Shown here in pieces: positions 1 through 12,891 of a DNA stretch of 64,000 nucleotides. Numbering within the stretch: position 1 is the first letter of the stretch; each line of letters starts with the position of its first letter. The notes below the pieces were generated by a model that saw only the letters and a list, made by a program, of their open reading frames with translations, ran no database searches and had not been told where the DNA came from. Both the position numbers and the translations under genes were made by a program. This DNA comes from Tubulanus polymorphus (taxonomy: Eukaryota; Animalia; Nemertea), in assembly GCF_964204645.1 (NCBI RefSeq), contig NC_134026.1, forward strand, positions 19,782,467 through 19,846,466. The letters are read 5' to 3'.

Positions 1-17
1 TTGACATTAAAAGTAGG

Positions 18-808
18 ATGGTAAAATTCTGGGCAAACCTCGTATCAAAAAACAGAGAAACACTCTCTAGTAAAACGTATTCCATCCAATATGATTTAAG
101 CACGTCACAAAATATCAATTTCAAATGGTTATCCTCTATCCAAAATATACTCCAAGAGTGTGAAATGGCTAATTTCTGGTTAGAGCGAAATTTTCCTAAC
201 GTCCAGTGTATCTATGAATCTGTAAAGCTACGACTTACTGTTCAATTTATCCAGAAATGGCACGCAGACTGTACAGCATCATTTAAAGCGTTGACTTATC
301 GTCATATTAAACCGACTTTCAATACGCTTGAGCCTGAAAATTACATCCTCTCGTTACCCACATCCTACCGCATTTCCCTCTGTAGATATAAATGTAGCAA
401 CCTTTATTTACCCATAGAATCAGGCAGGCGACTCAGAATACCTCGAGAAGAACGACTTTGTACAAATTGTAACCTCAGTGTTTTGGGGGACGAGCGTCAC
501 ACTATATTAGAATGTAGTTTTTTCCAGATACAACGCAAAAAACTAATCCCTAGAAGAGAAGATTTTGGTCAACTCCAAATTTTGAAAATATGAACTCCCT
601 TTTCTGTACAAAAAATCAAAGAAATCTGATAAATATTTCTAGATTTATTCGAATATGCTCAAATTGAGTTTTAAACATGTATAATAGAGATGTGAACTCC
701 CCACGCTGTTATTCCGTCATCTGTATTTATGTATTATTAATGTATGTTTTGTTCAATGCGAATCGTGAATTGTGAACAATAAGAATTGAATCTGAATCTG
801 AATCTGAC
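18..808 (+). mobile_element. 3' fragment of a CR1/L2-like non-LTR retrotransposon: ORF2 C-terminus (18..593), then a 3' UTR ending in (GAATCT)n at 783..808
   Basis: The ORF ends with the Cys motif RLCTNCNLSVLGDERHTILEC (C-x2-C-x9-H-x4-C) typical of CR1/L2 ORF2 C-termini. A hexamer microsatellite tail follows, as in CR1-type 3' ends. The element is truncated by the window edge. Confidence 0.55.
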
Positions 809-1989
809 CATTTATTGACTTAACAACACTCAGGCTATAAACAACAAAAGCTATACAGACTACAGATCAATGATTATCTTCAAATCCACCAAACCTCTCA
901 TGTGCTTAGATACCACATCAGTTCGTATCATGCCCTTCAGTTCGTATATGAAGGGCGAAGCTATGCAGAAAACCTGTTATCGCTGCTTTGCAGCTGTATT
1001 TATTATATTGTTCTGTGCTTTGCCATGTCAATGTACGTATATTTACACTAGGAATAGCCACAATCAGCAGGGAGAAAAATATCATCAGCTCGATGAATTA
1101 ACTGGGGAGACCGACCTACGTGAAATTGGTCGCGGCACACCAATATCCTCTGTATATAAATCAAAGAAGTAGATAGATGCGTCACAAATAAAGTGCAAAA
1201 TTCCTCGATTACCTAGATATTTTAAACATTTTTAGATGTTAAAAATCTTTGAATTTTTGGTTTTCAACTAAATTATCGCTTTAATGAAGAGACGCGATAA
1301 ACTCGAATCATCGCCGAACCTTTTACAAAAATCACTGGTTTCATCGCAAATTATCTATTCAATTTATTCTGATTTATTCAAACAGCTTTCTTCATCCAAT
1401 GTTTCTTTTCATTTTGCAGTCCGTTCATCCGTCCGAAGACGGAATCCAGTTATTTCGATTAATACATGTATCTTAGACATGTCTTCAGCCAAAGATGGCC
1501 CGATCAGAGTCAAGATGGCCGACTGGCGGCCATTGTCGTTCACCGAAATCAGCAGTTTTTACACATTAAGCGAAATTTTGAAGACGCTATTTAATTGATA
1601 CCTGGTGTGAGTTACAAGATCATTGGTTTTCGTATACGGTCACCATTGAATTGAATATTGAATATTAACGATTGAATATTCATTTACTGTAGAAATCTTT
1701 GTTTTTGAGGTTCAGTTTTATAGTAAATAATTCACGTATAGTTGGCATAATGTTGCTGAGTTGTTCTCCTAAGTCGTTGCATATATTATTGGATGTGACA
1801 ATCAATACTCAAAAAGGTTCATCTCATGATATCGGCGATCCAAAAAATTAACTGCCTCCATCATTGAGTTTGATTATTGGCAATAAAACCTAATAGAATT
1901 TGAGTTGTTGATTTCCAATAAATCACATTCAGACCGAGAATGCTCGCCAATCAGCATTTGGGATGATGACCAACTGAGGCAGATTATAT

Positions 1990-2949
1990 TCATAGAAAAC
2001 AGTAAAACGCCCTCTTAATCAGGCCAACAAATTGTGCTCTGAAATACGAACCGGCCAGACAATAAATGAAAAAATTTAAGGCATGGTTCGAGTGCTTCAA
2101 TAAAACGAAAATTCCGAAAGTTGAAGGAGAACTAACGTTTACGTTTATGAGCGATGCTTGATAGGGTAATGTTGTACTGATGAAGACGAAATTAACGCAA
2201 AGGAGTAAACGAGTCAGGTTATCGTAACGCGAATCGTCATTTTTGGCTGTTTTGTGCATTTGTTTCGCCGCTGCGCGAGATCGGTTCAGTTGTACGATTA
2301 TGATCGTATTACACGCGGATATAATAAAAAAAGGCAGTATGGAATACGCAGCCGCAAATATCCATACTTGATATTCAGTAGTGTATATTCGCCAAGCCTC
2401 TGTTGGAGCACGACATTCATATCTATCCCGGACTAGTATCAAGCCGACGCTTCCAGCTAAAGTGACGGAGTTGATGACACCGACAAATATAGAGACTGCC
2501 GAAAAGAAGTACATCGCTCGACGTACTGTCCAGATAGTTTTGGCTTTCGTCGGTTGTACTACGCATATACATCTCTCAATCGTCAATAGGACAATAATCC
2601 ACGACGAGGTTTGTTCGGCGAATCTAGTAAAAAATGTCAGCGAAATACACGACGCGTTTGACGCAGCTCGTATGTCGGGAGGAAACTGTTGCGGCCAATT
2701 AACAACGCGCAGGAATTTCTTCACCAGTAACTCTAGATTTATGTCGAGCAAATCGAAGAAAGCTAAGAACATCATTAGAATACCGGTCGAGGAATTGCGA
2801 TAGAATTTCGAAGTCGATAGAACGACAAGCGCCGAAACGTTGCCGATATTGCCCAGTATGATGATAGGTAACGCGCCGTATTTGATGGCAAAGAAATAAT
2901 TTCTGAAGAATTTGTAGTAGAAGGATTGTGTTCCGTTAAAGGATGACAT
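1990..2949 (-). CDS. intronless class-A (rhodopsin-like) GPCR, paralog A, 319 aa
   Basis: Single 319-codon ORF with 7 hydrophobic segments. DRY-like ERC follows TM3 (LTIERCICVV), NPxxY-like NFFIY sits in TM7, an ECL2 Cys is present, and the N-terminus carries N-glycosylation sites (NGT, NVS). Confidence 0.8.
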   Translation of the reverse strand: MSSFNGTQSFYYKFFRNYFFAIKYGALPIIILGNIGNVSALVVLSTSKFYRNSSTGILMMFLAFFDLLDINLELLVKKFLRVVNWPQQFPPDIRAASNASCISLTFFTRFAEQTSSWIIVLLTIERCICVVQPTKAKTIWTVRRAMYFFSAVSIFVGVINSVTLAGSVGLILVRDRYECRAPTEAWRIYTTEYQVWIFAAAYSILPFFIISACNTIIIVQLNRSRAAAKQMHKTAKNDDSRYDNLTRLLLCVNFVFISTTLPYQASLINVNVSSPSTFGIFVLLKHSNHALNFFIYCLAGSYFRAQFVGLIKRAFYCFL

Positions 2950-3040
2950 CAGAATCAGACTGAAATACAGGTTATCTGAGAATTACTGCTTGAGAAGTGA
3001 TGACACTCATTTGTTAATTGGTTGAAAACGCGCTGATATT
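2950..3040 (-). promoter_or_regulatory. conserved 5' flank of GPCR paralog A: CCAAT box (plus 3017..3021) and a splice-acceptor-like tttcag immediately upstream of the ATG
   Basis: gcgcgttttcaaccaat ... tttcagtctgattctgATG is mirrored at 6661..6735 upstream of paralog B. Confidence 0.4.
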
Positions 3041-5154
3041 TATCATAATCTCAATCGATCATATCGCAATATTGCAAAATCTCTATTCGATGACGGTGCA
3101 TTTTAAAAGATTAATCGATTTGCTTGATGGAAAGTGCATTGGGTATGTAGGTTTTTTCTTCAGAAGTCGATATTATTTTTCATTTGCATCGGAATTAGCT
3201 ATCTTATAGAAAAAGTTAGTTCGGGCTAGATAAATTTCAGTTTAGTCCTGTCCCTGCGTATAGTCACCGTTACCATTCATTTTCGAATGATTTCTACCAA
3301 TGTTTCGGTTCCTCTCACATCGTTTAACCGGTGATTCTAGGAGTAGACTCACCTTACATCAATGATAGGCCTATGTTGACGACTATGTCCAGAGAGAAAA
3401 AATCTTCCGTTGCAATAATAGTTTTATGTGTTTATTGATAACTGTGTTAAAGCGTACTATGTGAGTCAATGTGCACTACGTCATCAATAAATTTTGGCGT
3501 TTTATATCGTATTTCATATCATTATATTATCAAGTTAGTTTTCTTGTTATCTTTCCACCATACCGGCAGTTGATTGATATGGCACCAGTAATTTAGACGG
3601 AGAATGAGAAATAAAGATAGATTTATGTCACCATTAGGACACCGTTGTACATATGCCTAAAACTAAACGTATATTTTCAATATTCAATAAAGCCATTAGC
3701 ATGGTCCGCGATATGTGTATCCGGACAAGGAAACCGAGACATTCTTTGAATCGGATAAAGTTCCGTGGTTCGTAAACGCCTGGCATTTGCTTCATTTGAT
3801 ATTTCTAAATTGGGAGAAACGCAAAGGAGATTTAAAAAAAACACAAAAGGGAACGAAGCTTTGTTTAGCATTAACTAAGAATTCTTAAATGTTCATTATT
3901 ATTAAGCGTTTACATGTATGCTACTTCAAATTTCGATGTAACTTCCAAATCTACTTCAATCATTCAGTTTTTGAATCTGTATTTACCTAATATATCATTT
4001 GTAGATTTATACATATAAATAGTTTAGACCTATATTGTACGTTTAAGTTAAGGAGACGGTGTGTGCGGCAACATCTCGGTAAATTGTCAAATATGTTTTA
4101 TCAATGAATGATTTATCGAGTCCTGCGCAATCCAGAGAGTTAATTTGATGATTTTGACAACAAGGGAAAGTTTTTAAGCCATAAAACCTATACATTTATT
4201 TTGCCTCCGAAAACTGAAGAAAAGTCAAATGAAAATAATTTTTTTCCAGTGAAATTCAGTGACACGAATTCAGTGAAAAAATGAGCAAAAAAATGTTTTT
4301 CACCTCCGACGAATGAGAACCCTGGCTTGAATGATGAAAAAAATTGAAAAATGAGAGGTTCTTTTTTGATCGCAGTGTGTAGAATTCGAACTTTCCAAGA
4401 ATCATTTGTTTGGACATATGTATATTGCCCTATCGACAGTTCCCTCTTCCTTCAAAAAGTTATCTTATCCCTCTAAGAGAATTTTTTTTAAATTTTAATT
4501 CCCTCCTCCGAAATGATATTTCAATAGGTCTACCCGCAAGCCAAGCTATTAAAAAAGTCTAAGAAATTATGTTTTCATAAATGACGTAGGCCTATATATA
4601 TCTAACATGATTATTTGTAATTGATGTCTTGTACTTTCATACTTGAATAATACGTTTAAAATAAGAATTTGCGTTACATACATTAAAATTTCTTTGCTTA
4701 GTTTGAATTTGACTTTGAAATTTGATTTGACATTGACCTTGAATTGATTTCAAAATACCATATTTGGACAGCGCATATCAGAAGACATTTTCATCGTGAT
4801 AACTAGGACTCACGTTTTATCTACCGAAGAAATCGGGAATCTGTTGCCATGGAAACGCATTTTTCACATTGTCACAAAGAAATGCAAATCACATAAATAT
4901 CGTATATGGACTCAGGTAAGAACATATAATCAATGTACCATAAAATTGGAGTTTGTGCGATATTGTCTTACCTCAATACATTTCGTCCTATTTTTGCTGA
5001 CGGACTAATATTAATCATCACCGAAATAGGGATTCATCATTTATTGTTAATTGTTCAATATCATTTATGATTATGGAAATTATGGAAAAATATGAATAAG
5101 GAAAAATGCCTGAGAGCTTGATGGAAAGATCCCTTTGTAAGTCTCGATATATAT

Positions 5155-5392
5155 AAATATAGCCGCAAAGCAGCGATAAGGGGTTTTCTGCATAGCAGCA
5201 TCATTAATATGCAGACCTTTGGAAATGATAAGTAGAACTGAAAAAAATTGTTCGAAGCTATATATGGTACAACTACGTCAATGTATTATATGATAATAAT
5301 GATATATTTTCTCATCCACAGTAAGACCTTACAAATGACTTCGATACGACATAGTTCTAACAAGCACTGTGACCATTCAATAAAAGTTAACT
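5155..5392 (+). repeat. SINE-like repeat, family B, about 240 bp
   Basis: tatagccgcaaagcagcgataaggggttttctgcatagcagcatcattaatatg ... ggtaagaccttacaaat ... aacaagcact is repeated at 31627..31852. Partial reverse-complement copies lie at about 955..1025 and 46190..46250. Confidence 0.65.
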
Positions 5393-6660
5393 CCAATTAT
5401 TGACGTGTATATCGGATTCATACCCAAAACAGTGGTTTGGTATTAGTTGGAATGGAAACGTATCTCGAACCTTAAGGCCCCCGCACACGAGCGAATTTTA
5501 CGTACGCATCTAGCGCAGACCGCACACGAGCCGAAAACAGCGTTCAGCAAAGCGAGCTGTGGCAAGCACGTAAGCATTATGCAACCATATTTACTGCATA
5601 TCTGCACCATTTACTCGCAATTATTTTTGATCGAAATAATCTGATACATATTCACATCCGAAAATCTGTATTGTCGATGTAAATCGTTTTTTTTAAAGTG
5701 ACAGACAGTTAATACGAGTTCATAGTTCTCTTACGCTACGAAACATACTCAGAAGATGCATGTATCATGTTGACCCTCTAGATAAGTTTTTTGACGATTC
5801 TGTAGATCAAACTTAGAAGTTGCTGAAGCCATTTCCGATGTCGTGATCTGTATACGAAGAATTGGTGAATACGCACGTTGGCGAATTGGCTATTACATAT
5901 GTTAGAAAATCTACCAAACCTCTCATATGTTAAGAGATCATATTCAGCACCGAATACTACGAACTGACGTTATAATGCGAAGAAAAGATCTTCATATATG
6001 TAATACAAAAATTTTGGAAATTCTTTATTTCATTAAAGAAAACTCCAGAATTCGATTACCTAAATATAATTAATCAATCGAGAAAAATATTTCGAACAGA
6101 ATCTAACATTCTATGACACGCTGACAACTAAAGGGCATGTCACCGTTACGGTTTGCTTTATTCACTGATAAGAATGGAGGTGCAGGAGGCCGGAGTAGAA
6201 CATGATTTAACAAAAATTTGGTAGAAATCCGTTAAGTATAGGAGCTTTAGGCTTTTAGTGACTTTTGGCGATGATCTGCTTGGACAGGGGAAATACTAAC
6301 AAAAATAATTTATTCTTATCAAAATTCTATTTTCGAAGTCATTGAGACCGTCCACCGCACAATTACCCGGTATAGTCATCAGGCCCCAGACGCGCATTTC
6401 ATCTTGGTTTCGTCATTGCATTGTAATGTATTGCACTGCATTGCATATTCCATCATTAATCTGTAAATTGTATTATATACAATAAGTTGTAATATATACG
6501 GGTATTTCGTTTTGTTTGGAAGAAAAATTAGGGAAAAAATGAAATGCTAGATCATTTCTCGAGAAGAATTATCAATATTCACTCTCATCGATTGGAAATT
6601 ACGGCGTTGATTTTTAGGATGATAGTTTTTATGATAATCGTATTGATAGTAATAAAAGTC

Positions 6661-6735
6661 TGCGCGTTCTCAACCAATGATAAAGTTTCAGACTCATTCC
6701 AAATACGTCAATGGTAATCTCCGTATTCCAGTCTG
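6661..6735 (+). promoter_or_regulatory. conserved 5' flank of GPCR paralog B: CCAAT box (6674..6678) and an acceptor-like tattccag directly before the ATG
   Basis: gcgcgttctcaaccaat ... ttccagtctgATG. Conservation between the two paralogs stops just upstream of this block. Confidence 0.4.
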
Positions 6736-7698
6736 ATGACATCGTCAAACGGAACACAAGTTTCCGTCTTATTCACCTACTATAAAGATTACTTCTTCGT
6801 CATCAAATACGGCGCGTTACCTATCGTCATACTGGGCAATATCGGCAACGTTTCGGCTCTTGTCGTTCTATCGACTTCGAAATTCTATCGCAATTCTTCG
6901 ACCGGTATTCTAATGATGTTCTTAGCGTTCTTTGATTTGCTCGACATAAATCTGGAGTTACTCGTGAAGAAATTCCTGCGCGTTGTCAATTGGCCGCAAC
7001 AGTTTCCTCCCGACATACGAGCAGCGTCAAACGCGGCGTGTATTTCGCTGACATTTTTGAATAGGTTTACCGAACAAATTTCGTCGTGGATTATTGTCCT
7101 GTTGACGATTGAGAGATGCATATGCGTAGTACAACCGACGAAAGCCAAAACTATCTGGACTGTACGACGAGCGATGTACATCTTTTTTGTAGTCTCTATA
7201 TTAGTCGGCGGCGTAAATTCTACCATATTTGCGGGAAACGTCAGTTTGATACTAGTCCGGGGTGAATATGAATGTCGTGCTCCAACAGCTGCTTGGCGAA
7301 CATACTCCACCAAATACCGAGTATGGGTATCTGCAGCCACCTATTCGATACTGCCTTTTCTAGTCATAACCGCGTGTAATACGATTATAATCGTACAACT
7401 GAATCGATCTCGCGCAGCGGCGATACAAATGAACAAAACGGCCAAAAATGACGATTCGCGTTACGACAACCTGACTCGTTTACTGTTATCCGTTAATATC
7501 GTGTTCATCAGTACAACATTACCCTATCAAGCATCGCTTATAAACGTATCCATTCGTTCTCCTTCAACTTTCGGCATGTTCGTTTTATTGAAACACTCGA
7601 ACCATGCCTTGAATTTTTTCATCTACTGCCTGGCCGGTTCGTATTTCAGAGCCCAATTTGTTGGTCTGATAAGCAGAGCATTTTTCTGTTTTCGGTGA
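6736..7698 (+). CDS. intronless class-A GPCR, paralog B, 320 aa, head-to-head with paralog A
   Basis: Roughly 85 % aa identity to the 1990..2949 ORF with the same ERC and NFFIY motifs. About 90 bp of 5' flank, including a CCAAT box, is also duplicated. Confidence 0.8.
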   Translation: MTSSNGTQVSVLFTYYKDYFFVIKYGALPIVILGNIGNVSALVVLSTSKFYRNSSTGILMMFLAFFDLLDINLELLVKKFLRVVNWPQQFPPDIRAASNAACISLTFLNRFTEQISSWIIVLLTIERCICVVQPTKAKTIWTVRRAMYIFFVVSILVGGVNSTIFAGNVSLILVRGEYECRAPTAAWRTYSTKYRVWVSAATYSILPFLVITACNTIIIVQLNRSRAAAIQMNKTAKNDDSRYDNLTRLLLSVNIVFISTTLPYQASLINVSIRSPSTFGMFVLLKHSNHALNFFIYCLAGSYFRAQFVGLISRAFFCFR

Positions 7699-10600
7699 GA
7701 TTTTTGTCAAGAACTATACCTCGGTTCAAAATGCTTAGGAGGCACGATCTAATTATTTCTAATTCGACCGCAAACATTTGTGTGTAGTAAATACATGTAT
7801 ATGAAAATGATAAGCTAGTTTCTCTCGGACGGCACGATTATTGGAAATCGCTAATGTATATTTGAGGACACTGTTTATGTTTTCAATCGAATCCATCGTG
7901 ACTGCAAGATTTTTCCCTGGTCTTCGATATGTGTATATATATACGTAAGTTTACCGTATGTCTAGGAAAAAACCCAGAACGAAGCAGTTCGAGTAAATAA
8001 TGAATATTGATTGGTGGCATTCTTAAAAGGAACACCGTGCACCCAACGACTCCCTAAGGCTTTCCTCACACAAGACACCGAAATTCTCAAAATAAGATAC
8101 ATTTTAGTTGAACAACTGCGTGTACTTGAATCAAGCCGTTCCTTTCAGGTTTTCCTATGATGACGGGTGGAACCATGCTTTCTCTCTTCCAAATCATTCA
8201 ATTTTAGAACCCATGATTTGATGATGCCCCATCGAAATACCTATACGTACAAGCATCGTGAATCAAAACAAGCGTCAACCCACAATCATCTCCTAAATAC
8301 AATAACCATGATTAGCGTGACGTCCTGACAGCTTTAGAAGGTGGTTATACAATATAAATTTGGTCCTAAATACAAACGATAAAATGATTGGAAGAACGGC
8401 GATGAAGTATCGACCAAGGTGAAATTCAGGCTGCACACACTACCAACTCAAACAACAATCGCTAGGGATAGAATTCACTATCAATGCAATGCACATGCTG
8501 CTAGATTTTTCCATCTATATTTTCCGTAGCTCTATGCCGCCGAATATAGAATAAAGAGACAAATAGACAACGACTAGCGAAATCATTGGATATATATTAT
8601 ATTCATATATACGTATATTTGCATATATAGATCTATACGTGAGCATTTTTTTCTGAAAATGAGTTGTCGATAACCTATACATTACATTAACAATCTGCCA
8701 TTTATAAATAAATCAAATCTCATAATTTCACTTCATCAAAAAACGCAACTACGCATTCTATTTTACGGTACCCGGGAATGGGGTGTTTCAAAGACTGGGT
8801 ATATGAAGGCGCGAGTTTATGAAGTTACGGTGCGACCGATAACGACTGGCTGAGGAGAAACCGATCGTAGCAGGGCTACAACTGCAAGCGGCTATACTGG
8901 GATAAGTGATGTAATCCATGGTGATAAATCATAGACATATGACATTTCGACATATTTCTTCTTATTGGAAACCAATATTCAATTACTAGTAGGTTCAGGC
9001 TGGATGGAAGATTCAAATAAAAATTTCATCAAGTCAACCAACCACCCAACTTGCGCTTATCTGCAAAAAAATATAATGTTCATTTCACCTGATCATGGCC
9101 AGGAGGAAGTCATCTCAATTCAAGTTGTAACCTTCAATTCAATTGCGGGTTTACTCGATTGATGATAGATTTGAAAAGTTCAGGAAGTTTAATTCATTGC
9201 CCAGTCTACAAATTCAGCCCCGGGACCTGAGGGAGCACGGCAAGACATTGTGGCTTCTCTAAATGAAGAAGATAGCATCTCACCGTACTAACTAATGTAT
9301 CACAATAAAGCTACAACAACGATAACAACGAATCAATATGAAAACTATAGTGAATAAACTAGATTTTTTAAAGAAAATAAATAGGCAGCTAAATTTAGAC
9401 TTCAGGTCATTCATATAGGCCTAAAATAGAACCTTGAAATAGCAACATGACATGCGCGATATAAGGACATAACAAACATAATATAAACTTCTAAATCAAT
9501 GCACGATAGTGAATACAAGGAACTATAACATATTCTAGTCCCCTAAAGTGCATTCTAATGTGGTTCCATTGCACTACATGATCTTCTGTCGAAAAACTTC
9601 AGGGGTCAGTTTAAAAAACAGATAGGCGTCGAATTCGTAATCTCAGAAAAGGCTTGAAAATTTCTCAGTTTCATTTGTGGAATCTCTCGAAAATAAATGA
9701 ATAGAAAAACTCAAACCCTGGGCTTTATCTAGGAGTGCCACCATTAAACTGCCCCCCCCCCTTATATAAAATGATTGAAAAAATAGTGTTCTTTGAGATT
9801 TTTTCAAAGAAAATGTATCAATTTTGATTCAATTAAGGCATTTACTTTGTTGGAGGTGGATTTTGTTTTACATTCAGATGTTTTCAATTTCAGAAGACAC
9901 ATTAAGGTAATCAGTAACAAGAAAATTTTGAATCAGTTACTATCGAAAATTTTACATTTTTGATGATGGTAGCAAAACCTTCAACCAGGATGAGAGGCTG
10001 AATTCTCAGATGATTAGGGTTTTGAAATTAATTCCAAGTATTCAGCCTCTCTGGGTTCAGTTTCATGAAAAAGTTTAAAGTTTAAATCGGTTTAGTTTGA
10101 ATTGTTGTCCTCATTAACAATTTGAAATAATCACTTGGCAATTAAACAAAAATTTTCAGTTAAAAGTTTTTATGAAACTAAACCCTGGAAATAAACGATG
10201 AATTGAGGCATTCTCTCGAAAGTAAGACACCAAAGTTTCTAGATTAGAATAGATGGATTTTAAATTCATCTAAAAACTTTGCTCTGACAGTACACGTAAC
10301 ATTATTAGAGACCTTCCATACACAAGCGGATATGCTTTCATATACAGTTCGTAACCGTAAAAATTTAAACAGTTTCTCTATGTTTCCAGAACTTGTGACC
10401 GTTATACATATTCCAAGATCCAAAATATTCATTAACTTTTGAAAACGTAATGAAAGTGGGATATCTCAATGATTTGTATAGAGTTTACCAAGTAAAACAA
10501 TTTGTTCGTCCAAAAATGTCTGAGTACGGTACTTGAGAAAAGTTGGATTAATGATATTATCATCAAAATAATAATATCAATGTTAAGTTGCTTTCATAGG

Positions 10601-10705
10601 CATATTACGAATAGTGCATTAGGATTATTGATTGAAATCTAACACCACAAAATTCGTATCCATAAACGTAAGCTTATGAAAGGTCTCTCTTATGGTTTAA
10701 ACGGA

Positions 10706-10870
10706 CTACAATTTTTCGTTGCACGATTGCTTTAGTTGGTTCATGCTTTTCAGCCACGCGATGCAGTTTAAAGCTCCGAGTTCGTCGCCGTAAATCAAAG
10801 CCGTAGGAGTCATCATAACGTCGTAGTGAATCACGCTTGTCGGAACAGCCGCCGTAAAATAAACACCAAC
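10706..10870 (-). CDS. TEP1: TEP1-like terminal coding exon with stop codon (TAG at 10706..10708)
   Basis: VGVYFTAAVPTSVIHYDVMMTPTALIYGDELGALNCIAWLKSMNQLKQSCNEKL*. Acceptor ttctgcaaattttcag| in phase 0. Confidence 0.8.
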   Translation of the reverse strand, partial: VGVYFTAAVPTSVIHYDVMMTPTALIYGDELGALNCIAWLKSMNQLKQSCNEKL

Positions 10871-11380
10871 CTGAAAATTTGCAGAAGGTTTGCATTCAAT
10901 TTCGTTCATAATACAGCAGTCCACTTAATCTGGATAATCAAGGAGTAATGAAGTTGATTTGAGTAACGAGCAGTCTTTTTTCACATGATGTTATGTATGC
11001 GAACCACAAGTATAAAAATCAGATCAAAATACAGATTGAACTATTCCAAATTTCAAGTGGGTCTGATTCTATCAAGATATACAGGCCGTATAGTGTACAA
11101 ATAGAATTTTTAGTAATAAGAATACAGTATAAACCTATGGATGAACTACTTTCTTTTAAGCCCAGTTTTAACTGAAACCTTGGGGTCAACTCAGTAAGCT
11201 AAAAGCTAATTCAACATTGGTTTTTCTTTTCAATTATAACTACAAGTTTGCTCTTAGACCACAGTTGAATCTCATTATCAAGACCTCAAACAAAATTTAA
11301 AAAATTCAAAAGTAACATTTTGTCATATCAAGATTCTCAGAACATAACATAAATTTGTGTATACATATATATATATATAC

Positions 11381-11482
11381 CTGCTTCCAATTGAAGGTCC
11401 AAACTTTGATAGTTTTGTCACGAGATGACGTTAATATAGTATCCATGTTGATAACAATTCCAGTCACTTCAGCTGAGTGTGC
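11381..11482 (-). CDS. TEP1: TEP1-like WD40 exon
   Basis: AHSAEVTGIVINMDTILTSSRDKTIKVWTFNWKQ. Acceptor tttttttggtgcag| and donor CAG|gtatat. Confidence 0.8.
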
Positions 11483-11814
11483 CTGCACCAAAAAAATACA
11501 ATCAATTATCACTCTACGGATGCCTTAACTTACAAGCTACAATCATACTAGGGTTTTTGACCTCGCCTTGAATGACTTTGCCTGTATCTTATTTTCAAAA
11601 AATGGTGCTTGCCCATTTTTCTGGTGCATAGGCTCTTCCTACAAACTCTGGATAGATTTTTTCAAGATCTGCCTTTGATTGTTAAGCTATGAATATTTCA
11701 TGAACATTTCCCTTGCAGCCCTTGTAGCAAATGCATTATACATTTGTAAATGGTCAGGCACCAGTTTCATCATCTATAGACCAGTCTATAGAAATGTTCC
11801 CAGGGATAAATTAC

Positions 11815-12000
11815 CTTCACCGATTTGAGGATTTTCAAATTCTCCGAGGAGGTCACAGTCGTGACGCATCCACGCGTATCTCCGATCAGTAATTGTGTAG
11901 GATGTTCATCAGCTGCGGTGACTGCGGTGATGAAGTTTGCTTGGTCTTTCAAAGCACCGATATTCACAGTGGCTTTTATGTACTCCGACAGCGCATGACC
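11815..12000 (-). CDS. TEP1: TEP1-like C-terminal WD40 exon
   Basis: GHALSEYIKATVNIGALKDQANFITAVTAADEHPTQLLIGDTRGCVTTVTSSENLKILKSVK. Acceptor tcctgatag| and donor AAG|gtaatt. Confidence 0.7.
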
Positions 12001-12496
12001 CTATCAGGAGAAAGCAAGAAGTGAGATATGCTGCAAAACTAAGATGATTTCTGAATCAGGGAGGACTAAAGTAAGTTTGCGGTAAAAGAAAAGCCAATAA
12101 GCAAGAGTTTAACGAGAGGAATCACCCCACTTACAATGCGATTTGCATGTATTTAATTGAGAATACCGAATTAATTGACAATAAAAACATCTGCACATTA
12201 TTGTCAATTATATCCATGCTCTATTTATTCCTAGAAATCAAATCCGAATCGACTGGCCAAGACTCTACTGCCGATTTTTGGTGAGTATTCTTTAAGTTGG
12301 AATGTATATTAGTCACCTGTAGAATTAGATTTGGCTCCTTCACAAGAATGACCATCATTCAGATATCAAATATAGAGAAATCTGGATCCAGCTCCAATGT
12401 TACGGGTCAAAACTTGACTGCCGCATTGAAAATAAACTAAATCTGGATTTAGCAATTTAACGCTGCGTTTGTAACCATATTACCATGCATACATAC

Positions 12497-12608
12497 CTTT
12501 CTGACAGTCCAGTTCGGCTTAAATTTACAGTACATAAGCAAACTGACTGATGTCACGACAAAACCATATTCTAACGCGTAGATTTTAGTGACTTGTGTCC
12601 CACGCTTC
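12497..12608 (-). CDS. TEP1: TEP1-like WD40-region exon
   Basis: KKRGTQVTKIYALEYGFVVTSVSLLMYCKFKPNWTVRK. Acceptor ggaaatttcag| and donor AAG|gtatgt. It bridges the reading-frame phases of both neighbouring exons. Confidence 0.6.
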
Positions 12609-12720
12609 CTGAAATTTCCGACGAGAATAAGAAAACGCACAGAAACTATCTTTAGCAAAATGCAGATCCTCTGGTAATTGGCCCCCACTGCCACAATATA
12701 TATGTATCAAATGTACTTAC

Positions 12721-12891
12721 TTGAAGAACTCTTCAGACAAAATCAGTTCATTTCGCTGCAGGTCCCACGCCTGTACAAGTCCAGTGAGATATCCAATGTA
12801 GAGAATTTGCACTTTCCTTTTACTCTCCGAGTACATATTGGAGACGATAAATGTTATGGGACCAGATGGCTCGATTTGGGATGAAGTTTTG
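12721..12891 (-). CDS. TEP1: TEP1-like WD40 exon
   Basis: SKTSSQIEPSGPITFIVSNMYSESKRKVQILYIGYLTGLVQAWDLQRNELILSEEFF. Acceptor tactttcag| and donor AA|gtaagt. Confidence 0.7.

Noticed and set aside
870-1172. 100-aa plus-strand ORF
   Set aside because: It overlaps an antisense partial copy of SINE-like family B (962..1020). It has no homology and no splice signals.
2381-2803. 140-aa plus-strand ORF antisense to GPCR paralog A (and its 151-aa counterpart at 6885..7340)
   Set aside because: Both are mirror-image ORFs on the opposite strand of confidently coding 7TM genes. They are conserved only because the GPCRs are duplicates. They have no start context or homology.
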